A stretch of 59,799 nucleotides of DNA from a virus (Duplodnaviria; Caudoviricetes). The translations under genes were made by a program, and so were the position numbers. The notes under the pieces are model-generated. The model ran no database searches. It was not told where the DNA came from and saw nothing but the letters and a program-made list of their open reading frames with translations. Numbering within the stretch: the first letter of the stretch is position 1; every line of letters starts with the position of its first letter. This document shows positions 24,374 through 34,698 of this stretch, in pieces. The DNA is taken from positions 1 through 59,799 of the IMG/VR virus record IMGVR_UViG_3300025694_000005, one strand, 5' to 3'.

Positions 24374-24662
24374 TGATAGTATAGAAGACGAAAACATCTT
24401 TGGGTGGATTGGTTTGAAAGACAATGGAAGTCATTATGTATCTGCCGCAGGCTTATATGATTATTTCTTTGCTATCAAAAAAGAAACTCGTGACAAGATT
24501 CTGGAAGGATGGATTACTGCTCTAGAAGCATATCTTGACCCAGGATTCGAGGAACGAATGGAAGAATCCGAAGACGGTATTATCTATATATCCGAGTCAG
24601 CAGATTCGGTAGAAGATAAACCAAGTGGTAATATCATCCCTTTTCCTAAAATTATAAGATGA
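24366..24662 (+). CDS. acidic hypothetical protein
   Basis: 98 aa packed ORF. Confidence 0.6.
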   Translation: MFDDSIEDENIFGWIGLKDNGSHYVSAAGLYDYFFAIKKETRDKILEGWITALEAYLDPGFEERMEESEDGIIYISESADSVEDKPSGNIIPFPKIIR

Positions 24663-25018
24663 GTGGAGTTTATAACCTTACTTATTTTGAAAATCATCCT
24701 GAAGAAGCTACCCGCGAAGGGGTACTCTACTGCGTAGTATTAGTTAATAAACTTACTATGAAACGAGAATGTCTCAAGATAGGCATCGCTTCAGGAAGAA
24801 ATTGGAAAGACGTTTTGAAAAGGAGTCGTGGGTTTAATGGCTACGAAATTCGTATACAGAGAACTTACCACGACTCACTTTTTAATGTGTGGACGCTAGA
24901 ACAAGCATTACACGAAGAATACAAACAATTCAAGTATATACCCCAACAAAAGTTCGGTGGATATACAGAGTGTTTCGAAATAAAGAAGGAGATTATTTTA
25001 GCTATTCCGAAAAAATAA
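24659..25018 (+). CDS. T5orf172/MUG113 GIY-YIG-like nuclease domain protein
   Basis: GVLY...KIGIA...R...EQALH...GYTECF. Confidence 0.75.
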   Translation: MSGVYNLTYFENHPEEATREGVLYCVVLVNKLTMKRECLKIGIASGRNWKDVLKRSRGFNGYEIRIQRTYHDSLFNVWTLEQALHEEYKQFKYIPQQKFGGYTECFEIKKEIILAIPKK

Positions 25019-25021
25019 TTC

Positions 25022-25050
25022 TTGACTTTTCAACTCAAACCCCGTATAAT
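25022..25050 (+). promoter_or_regulatory. sigma70 promoter for ligase subunit B
   Basis: TTGACT-N17-TATAAT. Confidence 0.85.
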
Positions 25051-25077
25051 ATCTATTCAAATGTAGGAGAAAGTCTT

Positions 25078-25830
25078 TTGAGAGAAATTGTAGCACCAAC
25101 ACACTGCCCGAGTTGTTCTTCACCTTTGGTGTGGGAAAACGATCAGTTGTTCTGCTATAATACTTCTTGTGAGTCTAAGACTTATAAGTTAATCGAACAC
25201 TTTTCCTCTACTTTGAAAATTAAGGGACTAGGGCCATCATCTATTCAGAAACTCAGAATAACTTCAATACCTCAAATCTATGAACTGAGTTTGGGTGAGA
25301 TGGTAGAGGCTCTTAATTCTGAAAAACTTGCAGCAAAACTCTTTGAAGAGATTCAAGATTCCAAGAAAGTTAGTCTTTCTGAAATCCTACCCGCTTTCTC
25401 TATTCCACTAATAGGTAAATCGGCATCATCAAAGTTATGTTCTGTAGTAAGTAGTATTTATGACCTGAACGAGGAGGCTTGTACTAAGGCGGGGCTTGGC
25501 CCTAAGGCGAGCAATAATTTGCTAACCTGGTACAATACCATGTTTCTCCGCGAGTACAAGTGGCTACCTTTTTCATTTGAGTCAAATGAAGTTGTTTCTG
25601 TTATTGAGCCTAAGGGTGTTGTCTGCATTAGTGGAAAACTGACATCCTTTAAAACTAAAGCAGAAGCAGAGAAAGTTCTCATTAGCAAGGGATATATTGT
25701 GAAATCCTCCTTAACAAGAGAAGTAACAATCCTAGTGAATGAGAGTGGACTAGAATCTTCAAAAACCAAGAAAGCTAGAGATAGTGGGGTCTCTATCACA
25801 ACTAACCTTAACCAATTATTAGGAAATTAA
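25078..25830 (+). CDS. ligB: NAD-dependent DNA ligase subunit B (Zn finger, HhH, BRCT)
   Basis: TTG start with AGGAG RBS; PTHCPSC..C...C, IKGLGP and C-terminal BRCT. Confidence 0.9.
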   Translation: MREIVAPTHCPSCSSPLVWENDQLFCYNTSCESKTYKLIEHFSSTLKIKGLGPSSIQKLRITSIPQIYELSLGEMVEALNSEKLAAKLFEEIQDSKKVSLSEILPAFSIPLIGKSASSKLCSVVSSIYDLNEEACTKAGLGPKASNNLLTWYNTMFLREYKWLPFSFESNEVVSVIEPKGVVCISGKLTSFKTKAEAEKVLISKGYIVKSSLTREVTILVNESGLESSKTKKARDSGVSITTNLNQLLGN

Positions 25831-25834
25831 TTTT

Positions 25835-26557
25835 ATGGCAATTCCAAAGTGGACTGACGAGCGAACTTCCGCTCTTACCAATTTCGTAGGTTCTGAATCC
25901 CCAGTAACTTACGCAACTGTTGTCGAAGCTGCTGACCAGCTCGAAACATCACCCCGTTCTGTAGCCTCTAAGCTGCGTAAAATGGGTCACGAAGTAGAAT
26001 CTTCTGCTTCTGTAACTACTCGTGCGTTCTCCGATGCACAAGAAACTACTCTGAATAGTTTCGTAACTGATAACTCTGGCCAGTATACTTACGGCCAAAT
26101 CGCTGAAGCCTTTGAAGGTGGCGAGTTTTCTTCCAAGCAAATCCAAGGTAAATTGCTGTCTATGCAATTGACCGAGCACGTCAAACCTACTCCTAAAGTA
26201 GAAAGTGTTCGTACCTTTAGCGATGCTGAAGAAGCAGAGTTTGTTAAGCACGCCTCTAACGGCGCATACCTCGAAGATATCGCAGAGGCTCTTGGCCGAA
26301 CCGTTAATCAAATTCGTGGTAAAGCTTTATCTTTGTTACGTCAAGGCTCTATTGCTTCTATTCCTGCACAAAAGGAAAGCAAGGCTGCGGCTAAAGCTGA
26401 TCCTCTCGAAGGTGTAGATGTAGCTTCTTTGTCTGTCGAAGAAATCGCAGAGCAAATTGGCAAAACTGCCCGAGGTGTCAAGACTATGTTGACTCGTCGT
26501 GGTCTTACTGCCTCTAACTATGATGGTGCAGCAAAAGCAGCTAAAGCTGCGGGCTAA
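25835..26557 (+). CDS. T5 D5-like DNA-binding protein
   Basis: Repeated HTH-like units, RGVKTMLTRRGL...YDGA; synteny. Confidence 0.88.
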   Translation: MAIPKWTDERTSALTNFVGSESPVTYATVVEAADQLETSPRSVASKLRKMGHEVESSASVTTRAFSDAQETTLNSFVTDNSGQYTYGQIAEAFEGGEFSSKQIQGKLLSMQLTEHVKPTPKVESVRTFSDAEEAEFVKHASNGAYLEDIAEALGRTVNQIRGKALSLLRQGSIASIPAQKESKAAAKADPLEGVDVASLSVEEIAEQIGKTARGVKTMLTRRGLTASNYDGAAKAAKAAG

Positions 26558-26572
26558 TCCCTAGTTCCCCCT

Positions 26573-26608
26573 GCTGGGGTGGGGTGTAGTGCCCCACTCT
26601 GGCTTTTT
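26573..26608 (+). terminator. intrinsic terminator
   Basis: GC-rich stem 26573-26585/26591-26603 followed by TTTTT. Confidence 0.8.
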
Positions 26609-26641
26609 ATCGCTTAATACTTATTACGGAGATGACCAATA

Positions 26642-27976
26642 GTGAACCTGGCAAGCGTTCTTTTCAAGACTATTATCGCGCAAAGCGATATAGAAACTTG
26701 GTCGAACTGCCAAAAGCACTACTTTCCAACTGAGTTTGCCTCTATATGGTCTTACATAAATAAGTATGTAGAAACTCATAGTATCATTCCTACTTTTGAT
26801 GACTTACGACTTTCCGTAAGAGACGCGACCCTTCGTGACCGTTTCTTCGCCTTGGAGAAAGTAGATGAAGTAGATATAGACGGTGCTACTCTACTAGAGT
26901 ATCTCAAGAATGAATACACTCAAATTGAAATCATGAATCAGTTAGAAACCTATCTTGCTGACTCGATTGCAATGGAATCCGCACAGGAAAATATTGAGAG
27001 CCTACAGAATATTGTATTATCCGTAGAGGAAAAAGTTGACCTCAAAGATACAAGTACAAACATGAGAAAAATGGAACTGTTTGACCCGATTGAAGAGTTG
27101 GAGAAGAATGTTCCTTTAGGATTGAATCACGATTTCGACCGTATTCAAACCTTTGGCCCGTCCGATCTTGTACTTATTGGTGGTAAGCGTGGTGCTGGTA
27201 AGTCTATTGCTTGCGCTAATATTGCTTCTAGCACTTATGAAGCCGGTCATTCCGTAATGTATTTTACGATAGAAATGTCATCACGAGCAACTATGCAGAG
27301 GATATGTAGTATATCTACTGGCGTTCCTGCGGCTGCAATACGTAACCGTAACCTATCTATAGGTGAGTGGGAACAGGTTGCTCGTTGGTGGTCTCAACGA
27401 TTTGAAGACGGCGAGAGAGCACTTTCTCGCTATCTTTCACATCGTGATTTTGATGTTTATCACAATGAGCTTACAGCGAAGCCTTTGCGAGAGAAGCAGA
27501 TTGACGTTGTATATTCACCGTCTCTTACTCTAGCAAATATTCGTACAGAGCTAGATAAGAAGATAGCAAGACTACAGCCACGAGTTGTAATCGTTGACTA
27601 TATCAACCAAGTAAAGCGTTCTATGGTTTCCAATGGGCGTATGGGTCAGTATGACTGGACAGAACAGATAGAAGTAAGTAAGGCGTTGAAAACTTATGCA
27701 CAAGACTATGGTTTTATTATGGTGTCTCCTTATCAGATTGATGCTTCCGGCGAAGCTCGATTTGCTAAGGGTATATTAGATGCTGCGGATGCAGCCTTTA
27801 CTCTTGACGCACATGCTAAAGAAGATAATATCATTAGCTTTAATTGTGCAAAAATGAGAAACTCTGATGAAGTAAGTTTTACTTCTACTATGGACTGGGC
27901 GTCTTTAGCTATTGGCCCTGAGACGGGTTATATTAAAGACAAAGACGGTCCCGATGAAGAGGTATACGAACTATGA
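26642..27976 (+). CDS. replicative DnaB-like helicase (T5 D6-like)
   Basis: Walker A GKRGAGKS, FTIEM and IVDYIN. Confidence 0.92.
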   Translation: MNLASVLFKTIIAQSDIETWSNCQKHYFPTEFASIWSYINKYVETHSIIPTFDDLRLSVRDATLRDRFFALEKVDEVDIDGATLLEYLKNEYTQIEIMNQLETYLADSIAMESAQENIESLQNIVLSVEEKVDLKDTSTNMRKMELFDPIEELEKNVPLGLNHDFDRIQTFGPSDLVLIGGKRGAGKSIACANIASSTYEAGHSVMYFTIEMSSRATMQRICSISTGVPAAAIRNRNLSIGEWEQVARWWSQRFEDGERALSRYLSHRDFDVYHNELTAKPLREKQIDVVYSPSLTLANIRTELDKKIARLQPRVVIVDYINQVKRSMVSNGRMGQYDWTEQIEVSKALKTYAQDYGFIMVSPYQIDASGEARFAKGILDAADAAFTLDAHAKEDNIISFNCAKMRNSDEVSFTSTMDWASLAIGPETGYIKDKDGPDEEVYEL

Positions 27977-28800
27977 GTGCAGTAATTGAACTACTTGAAG
28001 AGAGAGGTATTTATTACAAACTCTCTGGCAGAGATGTTTTAATTCGCTGCCTCAATCCAGAACATGACGATGGCAATCCTAGTATGAGGATTGACAAAGT
28101 TCTTGGGGTGTTCAATTGTTTCTCTTGCGGCTACAAAGGTAGTTTATTCCGCCACTATAATGTAGATTATAGTGAAACAGAAATGCGTAGGGAAAAACTA
28201 AAAAGACTTATCAATAACTTACGAGCTGCTGGTGTAGGTCTCTCGATGCCCGAAGGATTTATGTCTTATATCGGAAACTGGAGAGACATAAAGCCAGAAA
28301 CTTATAGAAAATTTGAAGCGTTTCGTCATCATGATAAGCAGTTTATAGGGAGGATTAACTTTCCTATTAAGGACGCCAGTGGAAGAATAGTCGCTTTCCA
28401 AGGTCGTGATGAAACAGGAACCTTAGACAATAAGTATATGTTCTACCCTAGTGGGGTAAAGCTACCTCTGTTTCCACAAGTTCGCCCACTACAGGGGCGT
28501 GTTATTCTCGTAGAAGGTATCTTTGATATGATAAATCTTCACGACAAAGGACTAGAGAATGCAGTATGTTGTTTCGGTGTTAAGAATTTTAACGAAACAA
28601 AGTTTAATTATTTAAAGATTTCAGGCGTTACGGGCCTTGACTTGATTTTCGATGCTGACCAAGCAGGAGTTCAAGCAGCAGAACACGTAAAGAAATTAGC
28701 GAGAGACTTTCCCGTTCGAGTAATTAGTTTAAAGTCTGGAGATCCAGGCTCACTCGGACAAAACCAAGTAACTGGACTGCGGAGAAAACTATATGGCTAG
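27973..28800 (+). CDS. DNA primase (CHC2 Zn finger and TOPRIM)
   Basis: CLNPEH..CFSC, VEGIFD and FDADQAG. Confidence 0.93.
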   Translation: MSAVIELLEERGIYYKLSGRDVLIRCLNPEHDDGNPSMRIDKVLGVFNCFSCGYKGSLFRHYNVDYSETEMRREKLKRLINNLRAAGVGLSMPEGFMSYIGNWRDIKPETYRKFEAFRHHDKQFIGRINFPIKDASGRIVAFQGRDETGTLDNKYMFYPSGVKLPLFPQVRPLQGRVILVEGIFDMINLHDKGLENAVCCFGVKNFNETKFNYLKISGVTGLDLIFDADQAGVQAAEHVKKLARDFPVRVISLKSGDPGSLGQNQVTGLRRKLYG

Positions 28801-31075
28801 TATAGCCTTGATTGAATCAAAACCAAGTAGAAACGATTACGTTCGCTTATTCGAGAATGAGTTTGAATTTGACCGATTCTCTCTTGCTTCAGACCCTACG
28901 CTATCCAAAGTTTTAATGAAGGACGTAGATCTGGAGTTTGACCCTGATGCCTATGAATGGATAATTCTAATTGGCTCAGAACCACTAAAATATTACACGA
29001 AAGTAACTCAAGTTATGCAATATGCCGGAACTATAGTAGACGATAAATTTCTTCCTACTATTAATCCTGCAATGCTATCTTTTAAGCCAGAGGCTAAGAA
29101 GACTTGGGAAGATGCTAGAAACAATATCATCGGGTATATTTCTGGCGACAAGAAGAAGGCCGAAATAAATGACGAAAAATTTGTCGGTATTACAACAACT
29201 GAAGGGACTTTGGATTACATTCAAAGATGTATTGACTCGCCCTACGACTTTATCGGAATCGACTCAGAGACTACTGGTCTGTATCCTCGGAATGGGTATA
29301 TTCTTGGTATTAGCTTATGCTATAAACCTGATTCAGGTGCTTATATTAATGCCGATACTATTGATGAGTCTGTAGAAGAGAAACTTCAGGAGTTATTTGA
29401 TAAGAAGCGAATGGTATTCCATAACGCTAAGTTCGATATTCCAATGTTTGAGTATCATTTCAATGTGAAACTCTCACAGTTTGAAGATACAATGCTCATG
29501 CATTATATGCTTGACGAGAACCCAGGCACTCACGGCCTGAAGATGCTCGCTATGAAGTATACAGACTACGGCGATTATGAAAAACCTATGTATACTTGGA
29601 TGGACGAGTATCGTAAGCAGAATGGTGTGCTAAAAGATGATTTCAAATGGGAGTGGATTCCTTTTGAAGTTATGCAGACTTATGCTGCTATCGATGCCTG
29701 TGCTACTTTCACAATCTTTGAGAAGTTTGAAAGAGCACTGAAGAAGGGTAATCCTAACTTGATGCGTGTGTACAAGACTATCTTGTTGCCCGCTTGTAGG
29801 TTCCTTATGGCTGTTCAAGATAACGGAGTTCCTTTTGATAAGGAAAGGCTCATAGCGAGTCAAGATCTTATGCTAGAGGAAATTACTGATGCTGTTGGTA
29901 AATTGCAAAGCCATCCTGGTGTGGCCGCTTTCCAAGCAGCAGAAGGTAAAGACTTTAATCCAAACAGTGTTCTACAATTGCGTAAGTTATTGTTCGACTA
30001 TGTTGGGCTAGAGCCTACTGGAATTAAGACGGAGAAGGGAGAAAACTCAACTAATGCTGAAGTATTAGAGAAGCTCGCTCTTCAACATGAGATTCCACAG
30101 TTAATTTTAGATGTTCGTAAGAAAACTAAGATTAAGAATACTTATCTCGATAAGATTATTCCACAGCTTGATAGGGACGGTCACTTACGGACCAACTTCA
30201 ATATTCATGGAACTACATCTGGAAGACTATCTTCTAGTGGTAAATTGAATATGCAGCAACTTCCTAGAGACAATCCGATTGTGAAAGGGTGTATTCGTGC
30301 TCCCGAAGGCCATCAGATTGTTGCAATGGATTTAACAACTGCCGAAGTATATGTCGCTGCCGTATTGGCAGATGACTTGGAGCTTCAGGACGTATTTCGT
30401 TCTGGAGGAAACTTTCACTCTACGATTGCACACAAAGTATTTAAACTAGACTGTGAAGTCGAAGATGTGGCAGAGAAGTATACGACCTATCGTCAAGCAG
30501 CAAAAGCAGTAACCTTTGGTATTATGTACGGAGCCGGTGCAAATAAAATCAGTGAGCAGGTTACTAAAGATGGAGGCAAGCTTTCAGTTGTCCAGGCTAG
30601 ACAAATCATCAAAGAATACTTTGGTGCTTTCTGGAAGCTAGAGGAGTGGATTGAGGTTCAGAAAGAGCTTATCAGAAAGAATGGAAGTATCTATTCTCAT
30701 TTCGGTAGAAAGAGAAGATTACCTGATGTTAAGTCTGATAACAAAGGAGTTCAAGGACATGCCATTAGATCTGGACTTAACTTCCTAGTTCAATCTGCTG
30801 CTTCCGACATAAACTTAATCGGGGCTATAGAAGCTCACGGAATACTAAACCAGAAGAAGATGAAGAGTAAAATCTTCGCACTGGTTCACGATTCCGTGCT
30901 TGCAGAAGTTCCGAACGATGAAGTAGAAGAATATTGTTCGATATTACAAACCGAAATACAAAGAGACAGAGGTATTTATATCTCCGGCGCTCCTGTAGGT
31001 TGTGACTTTGAGATTGGCGAGGATTACTCAATGGGTAAGTTCAGTAAAAAGTATGGTAATATCGTTAACATATAA
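28793..31075 (+). CDS. polA: DNA polymerase, family A, with 3'-5' exonuclease
   Basis: DSETTG, HNAKFD, TSGRLSS, DLTTAE, RQAAKAVTFGIMYG and VHDS. Confidence 0.97.
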   Translation: MASIALIESKPSRNDYVRLFENEFEFDRFSLASDPTLSKVLMKDVDLEFDPDAYEWIILIGSEPLKYYTKVTQVMQYAGTIVDDKFLPTINPAMLSFKPEAKKTWEDARNNIIGYISGDKKKAEINDEKFVGITTTEGTLDYIQRCIDSPYDFIGIDSETTGLYPRNGYILGISLCYKPDSGAYINADTIDESVEEKLQELFDKKRMVFHNAKFDIPMFEYHFNVKLSQFEDTMLMHYMLDENPGTHGLKMLAMKYTDYGDYEKPMYTWMDEYRKQNGVLKDDFKWEWIPFEVMQTYAAIDACATFTIFEKFERALKKGNPNLMRVYKTILLPACRFLMAVQDNGVPFDKERLIASQDLMLEEITDAVGKLQSHPGVAAFQAAEGKDFNPNSVLQLRKLLFDYVGLEPTGIKTEKGENSTNAEVLEKLALQHEIPQLILDVRKKTKIKNTYLDKIIPQLDRDGHLRTNFNIHGTTSGRLSSSGKLNMQQLPRDNPIVKGCIRAPEGHQIVAMDLTTAEVYVAAVLADDLELQDVFRSGGNFHSTIAHKVFKLDCEVEDVAEKYTTYRQAAKAVTFGIMYGAGANKISEQVTKDGGKLSVVQARQIIKEYFGAFWKLEEWIEVQKELIRKNGSIYSHFGRKRRLPDVKSDNKGVQGHAIRSGLNFLVQSAASDINLIGAIEAHGILNQKKMKSKIFALVHDSVLAEVPNDEVEEYCSILQTEIQRDRGIYISGAPVGCDFEIGEDYSMGKFSKKYGNIVNI

Positions 31076-31550
31076 ACAGATACTTCGATCTATAAAGTTT
31101 CCTGTGTATTCTCTAGGCACTGAGGATTTCTATCTTCGAGATGGCTTGCTACTTGTCAATGACCTAGTAGTAGATGATAGAAACCAGCCTGGAGATACTC
31201 TTGGAAAAAGGAGACTACAGACACCACATAAAAAGAGAAGACTGATTGTCGTATATGAAGAGTTTCTAGACATTGTAAAAAATAAAACTACAGTGTTGAT
31301 AGACAATAACGGAGTTATATTCTCATACGAAAAGACAAAGTTTCAGAAAATAAAATCAATAAAAATTGTAAGAAAAGACTTACAAAATACTCATTCAAGA
31401 ATTTGGCTAAAAGGAGTAAACTTCGCTTTTATAGTAAAAGAACCTCCATTAGCTATGGACTGGGCTCAAGTTTTACATTTAAACTCTCGCCCGTGGCTAT
31501 TATATAGTTTATCAGAGGATAAGCTAGAAGATAGCAGGAGGAAAATTTAA
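31053..31550 (+). CDS. conserved T5-like protein downstream of the polymerase
   Basis: FPVY and VVDDRNQPGDTLGKRRL; synteny. Confidence 0.75.
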   Translation: MVISLTYKQILRSIKFPVYSLGTEDFYLRDGLLLVNDLVVDDRNQPGDTLGKRRLQTPHKKRRLIVVYEEFLDIVKNKTTVLIDNNGVIFSYEKTKFQKIKSIKIVRKDLQNTHSRIWLKGVNFAFIVKEPPLAMDWAQVLHLNSRPWLLYSLSEDKLEDSRRKI

Positions 31551-32224
31551 TGGGAAGAAGGAATCAAAAAAGAGATGCTCTATCAGCGCTTAACTTTTAT
31601 TTAAAAGAGATAGAGCCTTTAACAAAGTCTCAAGTTGCAGTCTTTGATTCTGACAAGCACCTAATGTTACATGGATGTGCAGGAACGGGTAAAACCTTTA
31701 TCTCACTATATCTAGCATTAGATGACCTACAAAAAGAAGAGTACAGTAGAATAGTTCTAGTTAGAAGTGCCGTCCCCACAAGGGAAATGGGGTTTCTTCC
31801 TGGAACAGAAGATGAAAAATCTAAAGTCTATGAGGCTCCTTATGTAAGTATTATGCAAGAGCTGTTTAGTCGTGGAGATAATCCCTATGGACAGCTAAAG
31901 CAAAAAGGAGTTATCAATTTTTTAACTACTTCTTACATAAGAGGAACAACTTTTAATGATAGTGTGATCATTGTGGATGAATGTCAAAATATGACTTTCC
32001 ATGAGCTAGATAGCATTATCACTAGGGTAGGCAAGAATTGTAGGATTATTTTCTGTGGTGATTTCTTCCAGTCTGACCTTAAAAATAGTGGATTGAAAGA
32101 TTTTATTAAGATAATCAATGGTATGTACGAGTTTGATTTTATTGAGTTTGGCATACCTGATATTGTAAGAAGTGATTTTGTAAGAAGTTACCTTACTGAG
32201 AAATATACAAAAGGTATCATATGA
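31550..32224 (+). CDS. phoH: PhoH-like ATPase
   Basis: GCAGTGKT, GFLPG, RGTTF, DECQN and GD..QSD. Confidence 0.95.
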   Translation: MGRRNQKRDALSALNFYLKEIEPLTKSQVAVFDSDKHLMLHGCAGTGKTFISLYLALDDLQKEEYSRIVLVRSAVPTREMGFLPGTEDEKSKVYEAPYVSIMQELFSRGDNPYGQLKQKGVINFLTTSYIRGTTFNDSVIIVDECQNMTFHELDSIITRVGKNCRIIFCGDFFQSDLKNSGLKDFIKIINGMYEFDFIEFGIPDIVRSDFVRSYLTEKYTKGII

Positions 32225-32388
32225 AACAAGACGTAGTTATTGATGAGCTAACTCGAAAGTTGGACCAAACGCTAAGTAGATTAGACACTTTGACTGATAG
32301 ATTAGCCTGGGTAGAAAACTTCGTAGTTCATAAAAGAAAAGAAGAGTATCAAAAAAGAAAGCTAGAAGAAGAGATGTGGTCTAAATGA
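32221..32388 (+). CDS. small coiled-coil protein (55 aa)
   Basis: ATGA overlaps at both ends. Confidence 0.6.
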   Translation: MKQDVVIDELTRKLDQTLSRLDTLTDRLAWVENFVVHKRKEEYQKRKLEEEMWSK

Positions 32389-32939
32389 TCTTAAAATATA
32401 TAGGAACTCATAAAATTTACGAAGTATCGAATGAAATAATACTAGTAAAAAACTTTATGCGCAAAGAGCTTTGTTCCGAAATAATTAAAGAGTGTGAAAA
32501 ACTATCTAGCTGGAGAAGTGTAGATAATGATTCGTACCCTGGGCAAGAAATAAGATTAAATAAATTACCTGAGCTATACAAACAGTTTGAAGATATGTAC
32601 AATGATGTTATAGTTTATATTTCTGAAAAATATTGGAAAAAACTAACTTTGTGGGGTATACGAGACTGTTTTATAATAAAATATACTACAGAGACTCAGA
32701 CCTCGCTGGATTTACACCATGACCACTCCTTGGTTACTGGCAGTATAAAGCTTAGCGATTCTTATGTAGGAGGAGATTTATTTTTCCCTAGACAAAACTA
32801 TAGTAATAGGAAGACAGAAATAGGGGATCTTCTTTTATGGCCAGGACAAGTTACGCACCCGCACGAATCTCTACCGTTAATAGAGGGAGTAAAACATAGT
32901 TTTGTTCTCTGGACAAAAAGGTCTAATTGGGATGAATAA
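32385..32939 (+). CDS. 2OG-Fe(II) oxygenase resembling the procollagen lysyl hydroxylase catalytic domain
   Basis: FIIKY...QTSLDLHHDHS..T...GG...FPRQN...PGQVTHPHESLP...G parallels PLOD FVVRY..Q.SL.PHHD.S...GG..F.RYN...PGRLTH.HEGLP. Confidence 0.8.
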   Translation: MILKYIGTHKIYEVSNEIILVKNFMRKELCSEIIKECEKLSSWRSVDNDSYPGQEIRLNKLPELYKQFEDMYNDVIVYISEKYWKKLTLWGIRDCFIIKYTTETQTSLDLHHDHSLVTGSIKLSDSYVGGDLFFPRQNYSNRKTEIGDLLLWPGQVTHPHESLPLIEGVKHSFVLWTKRSNWDE

Positions 32940-32942
32940 AAG

Positions 32943-34232
32943 TTGAAAGCGGTAGTATCCAACAGAATTTATATGGACATTGATCCCCAGGCTTTTAATG
33001 CCTTGGATAAAGCTTTGACCTATAAAATAGATTCATATAGATCAGACGTAGCTCCTACCATGATTAAAAATGTTAGGAAGATACGAAATGGGTTAGTATC
33101 TATACCTGTTGGACGCTTCGACTTAATTCCTGAAGGGTATGAAATAAAAGATAAGCGAGTACTACTGCCCGTAGATTTTCCAAAGTTCGGATTTGACCTT
33201 CGGGAAAGTCAGCAGGATGTATATGACGCTATAGAAGATAATGCTATTATCAATGCTTTTGTATCTTGGGGGAAGACTTTTACTGCATTAGCCGTTGCTG
33301 CAAAGCTTGGGCAAAAAACTCTAGTAGTTACGCATACAGTGTCTCTACGAACCCAGTGGGAGAAGGAGATAAGGAAGGTATTTGGTATAGAGCCAGGGAT
33401 TATAGGGTCTGGGAAGTACGACATTTCTCCTCCTATAGTCGTTGGCAATATACAAACACTTTACAAGTTGCGTGGAAAAATAGAAAAAGAATTCGGAACC
33501 ATTATTATTGATGAGTGTCATCATATACCCGCTAACACTTTCAGTAAGCTAGTAGATGCTAGTTATGCTAGATATAAAATAGGGTTGTCTGGTACGGTTC
33601 AAAGAAAGGATGGAAAACATGTTATTATGCCTGATTATTTTGGGCATACTAAGTTTACTCCACCCAAAGAAAACTATATGGAACCAACTATAGAGGTTAT
33701 CCAAACAAAGATAAGATTTATGGATGGGGCTAAAATACCTTGGGCGAACCGTATTAATGATTTGGTTAGGCAAGAAGAGTATGGAAAGTTAATTTGTTTT
33801 CTTGCTGCGGCGTATAGAAAGCAAGGACATAAAGTTCTCTTGTTGTCTGACCGAGTTTACTTTCTAAAGAGAGTAAAAGAAACCCTAGGCGAACATTGTG
33901 AGTTGATTACTGGAGAAGTACCTCTAGCAGAGAGGGAAAAGAAAATAGAACGAGTTCAAAGTGGAAAAGTAGACATACTCCTAGGGACTCAAAGTATTTT
34001 CTCGGAAGGCATTAGTGTTAATCCTTTAAGTTGTTTAATACTTGCCACTCCAGTAAGCAACACACCTCTACTAACCCAGCTTGTAGGGAGAGTTATTAGA
34101 GAGTATCCAGGAAAGATAGATCCTGTAGTAGTAGATATTAATCTTAAAGGAAAGACGGCTGAGAAGCAAGCCAAACTTCGGTTAGGTCATTACCTTCAGC
34201 AAGGGTATAATGTTTTCTTTAAGGACATGTGA
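32943..34232 (+). CDS. T5 D10-like SF2 helicase
   Basis: SWGKT, DECHH and QLVGRV.R. Confidence 0.92.
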   Translation: MKAVVSNRIYMDIDPQAFNALDKALTYKIDSYRSDVAPTMIKNVRKIRNGLVSIPVGRFDLIPEGYEIKDKRVLLPVDFPKFGFDLRESQQDVYDAIEDNAIINAFVSWGKTFTALAVAAKLGQKTLVVTHTVSLRTQWEKEIRKVFGIEPGIIGSGKYDISPPIVVGNIQTLYKLRGKIEKEFGTIIIDECHHIPANTFSKLVDASYARYKIGLSGTVQRKDGKHVIMPDYFGHTKFTPPKENYMEPTIEVIQTKIRFMDGAKIPWANRINDLVRQEEYGKLICFLAAAYRKQGHKVLLLSDRVYFLKRVKETLGEHCELITGEVPLAEREKKIERVQSGKVDILLGTQSIFSEGISVNPLSCLILATPVSNTPLLTQLVGRVIREYPGKIDPVVVDINLKGKTAEKQAKLRLGHYLQQGYNVFFKDM

Positions 34233-34242
34233 AAAAAATTTC

Positions 34243-34271
34243 TTGACACGGGAGCTATTTCCCCGTATAAT
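34243..34271 (+). promoter_or_regulatory. sigma70 promoter
   Basis: TTGACA-N17-TATAAT. Confidence 0.9.
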
Positions 34272-34297
34272 ATACACTTGACTTCGAGAACATAGCA

Positions 34298-34687
34298 GTG
34301 ATTCTTTTTAACTGGGCAAAAATGTATGCGGCAACGCGTGGAGATTCTTCTTCCATAGTTACGCTGATTGCCTATTTAACATATCCTACTCTACCTAGAA
34401 ATAGGTACGACTCTATCTATCGCTTGTCACAACAAGACTGGTCAGGCAATAGTTTTATACTGCACCCAGAAAAAATAATATCAAACCGAAGCAAGTTCGG
34501 TGATAATGAGTTGGCCCAGTATGTGGCACTGGCCAGCTTTCGCAGCTATGCTGAATATGAAGCCACAACTAAACGCAGTTTGAATCTGTTCTTAGCACCG
34601 ATTCCTACTGAACTTATTGACAACAACAGGCTACTATCTAGAATAGAAGAGGAAGTATTCTTCTGCTGGGAAGAAGTCACACACTAA
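34298..34687 (+). CDS. conserved T5-like hypothetical protein
   Basis: GNSFIL.P and YVALASFR; lies between D10 and D11. Confidence 0.7.
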   Translation: MILFNWAKMYAATRGDSSSIVTLIAYLTYPTLPRNRYDSIYRLSQQDWSGNSFILHPEKIISNRSKFGDNELAQYVALASFRSYAEYEATTKRSLNLFLAPIPTELIDNNRLLSRIEEEVFFCWEEVTH

Positions 34688-34698
34688 AGGAAAAAACT

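Noticed and set aside
24889-25077. N-terminal extension of ligase B in the ORF track
   Set aside because: It overlaps the upstream gene and a promoter; TTG at 25078 has the RBS.
28793-31075. Alternative-base (Z or dU) polymerase, intein or intron
   Set aside because: The PolA is continuous with ordinary T5-like motifs, thyX is present, and no purZ or dATPase gene is seen in the window.
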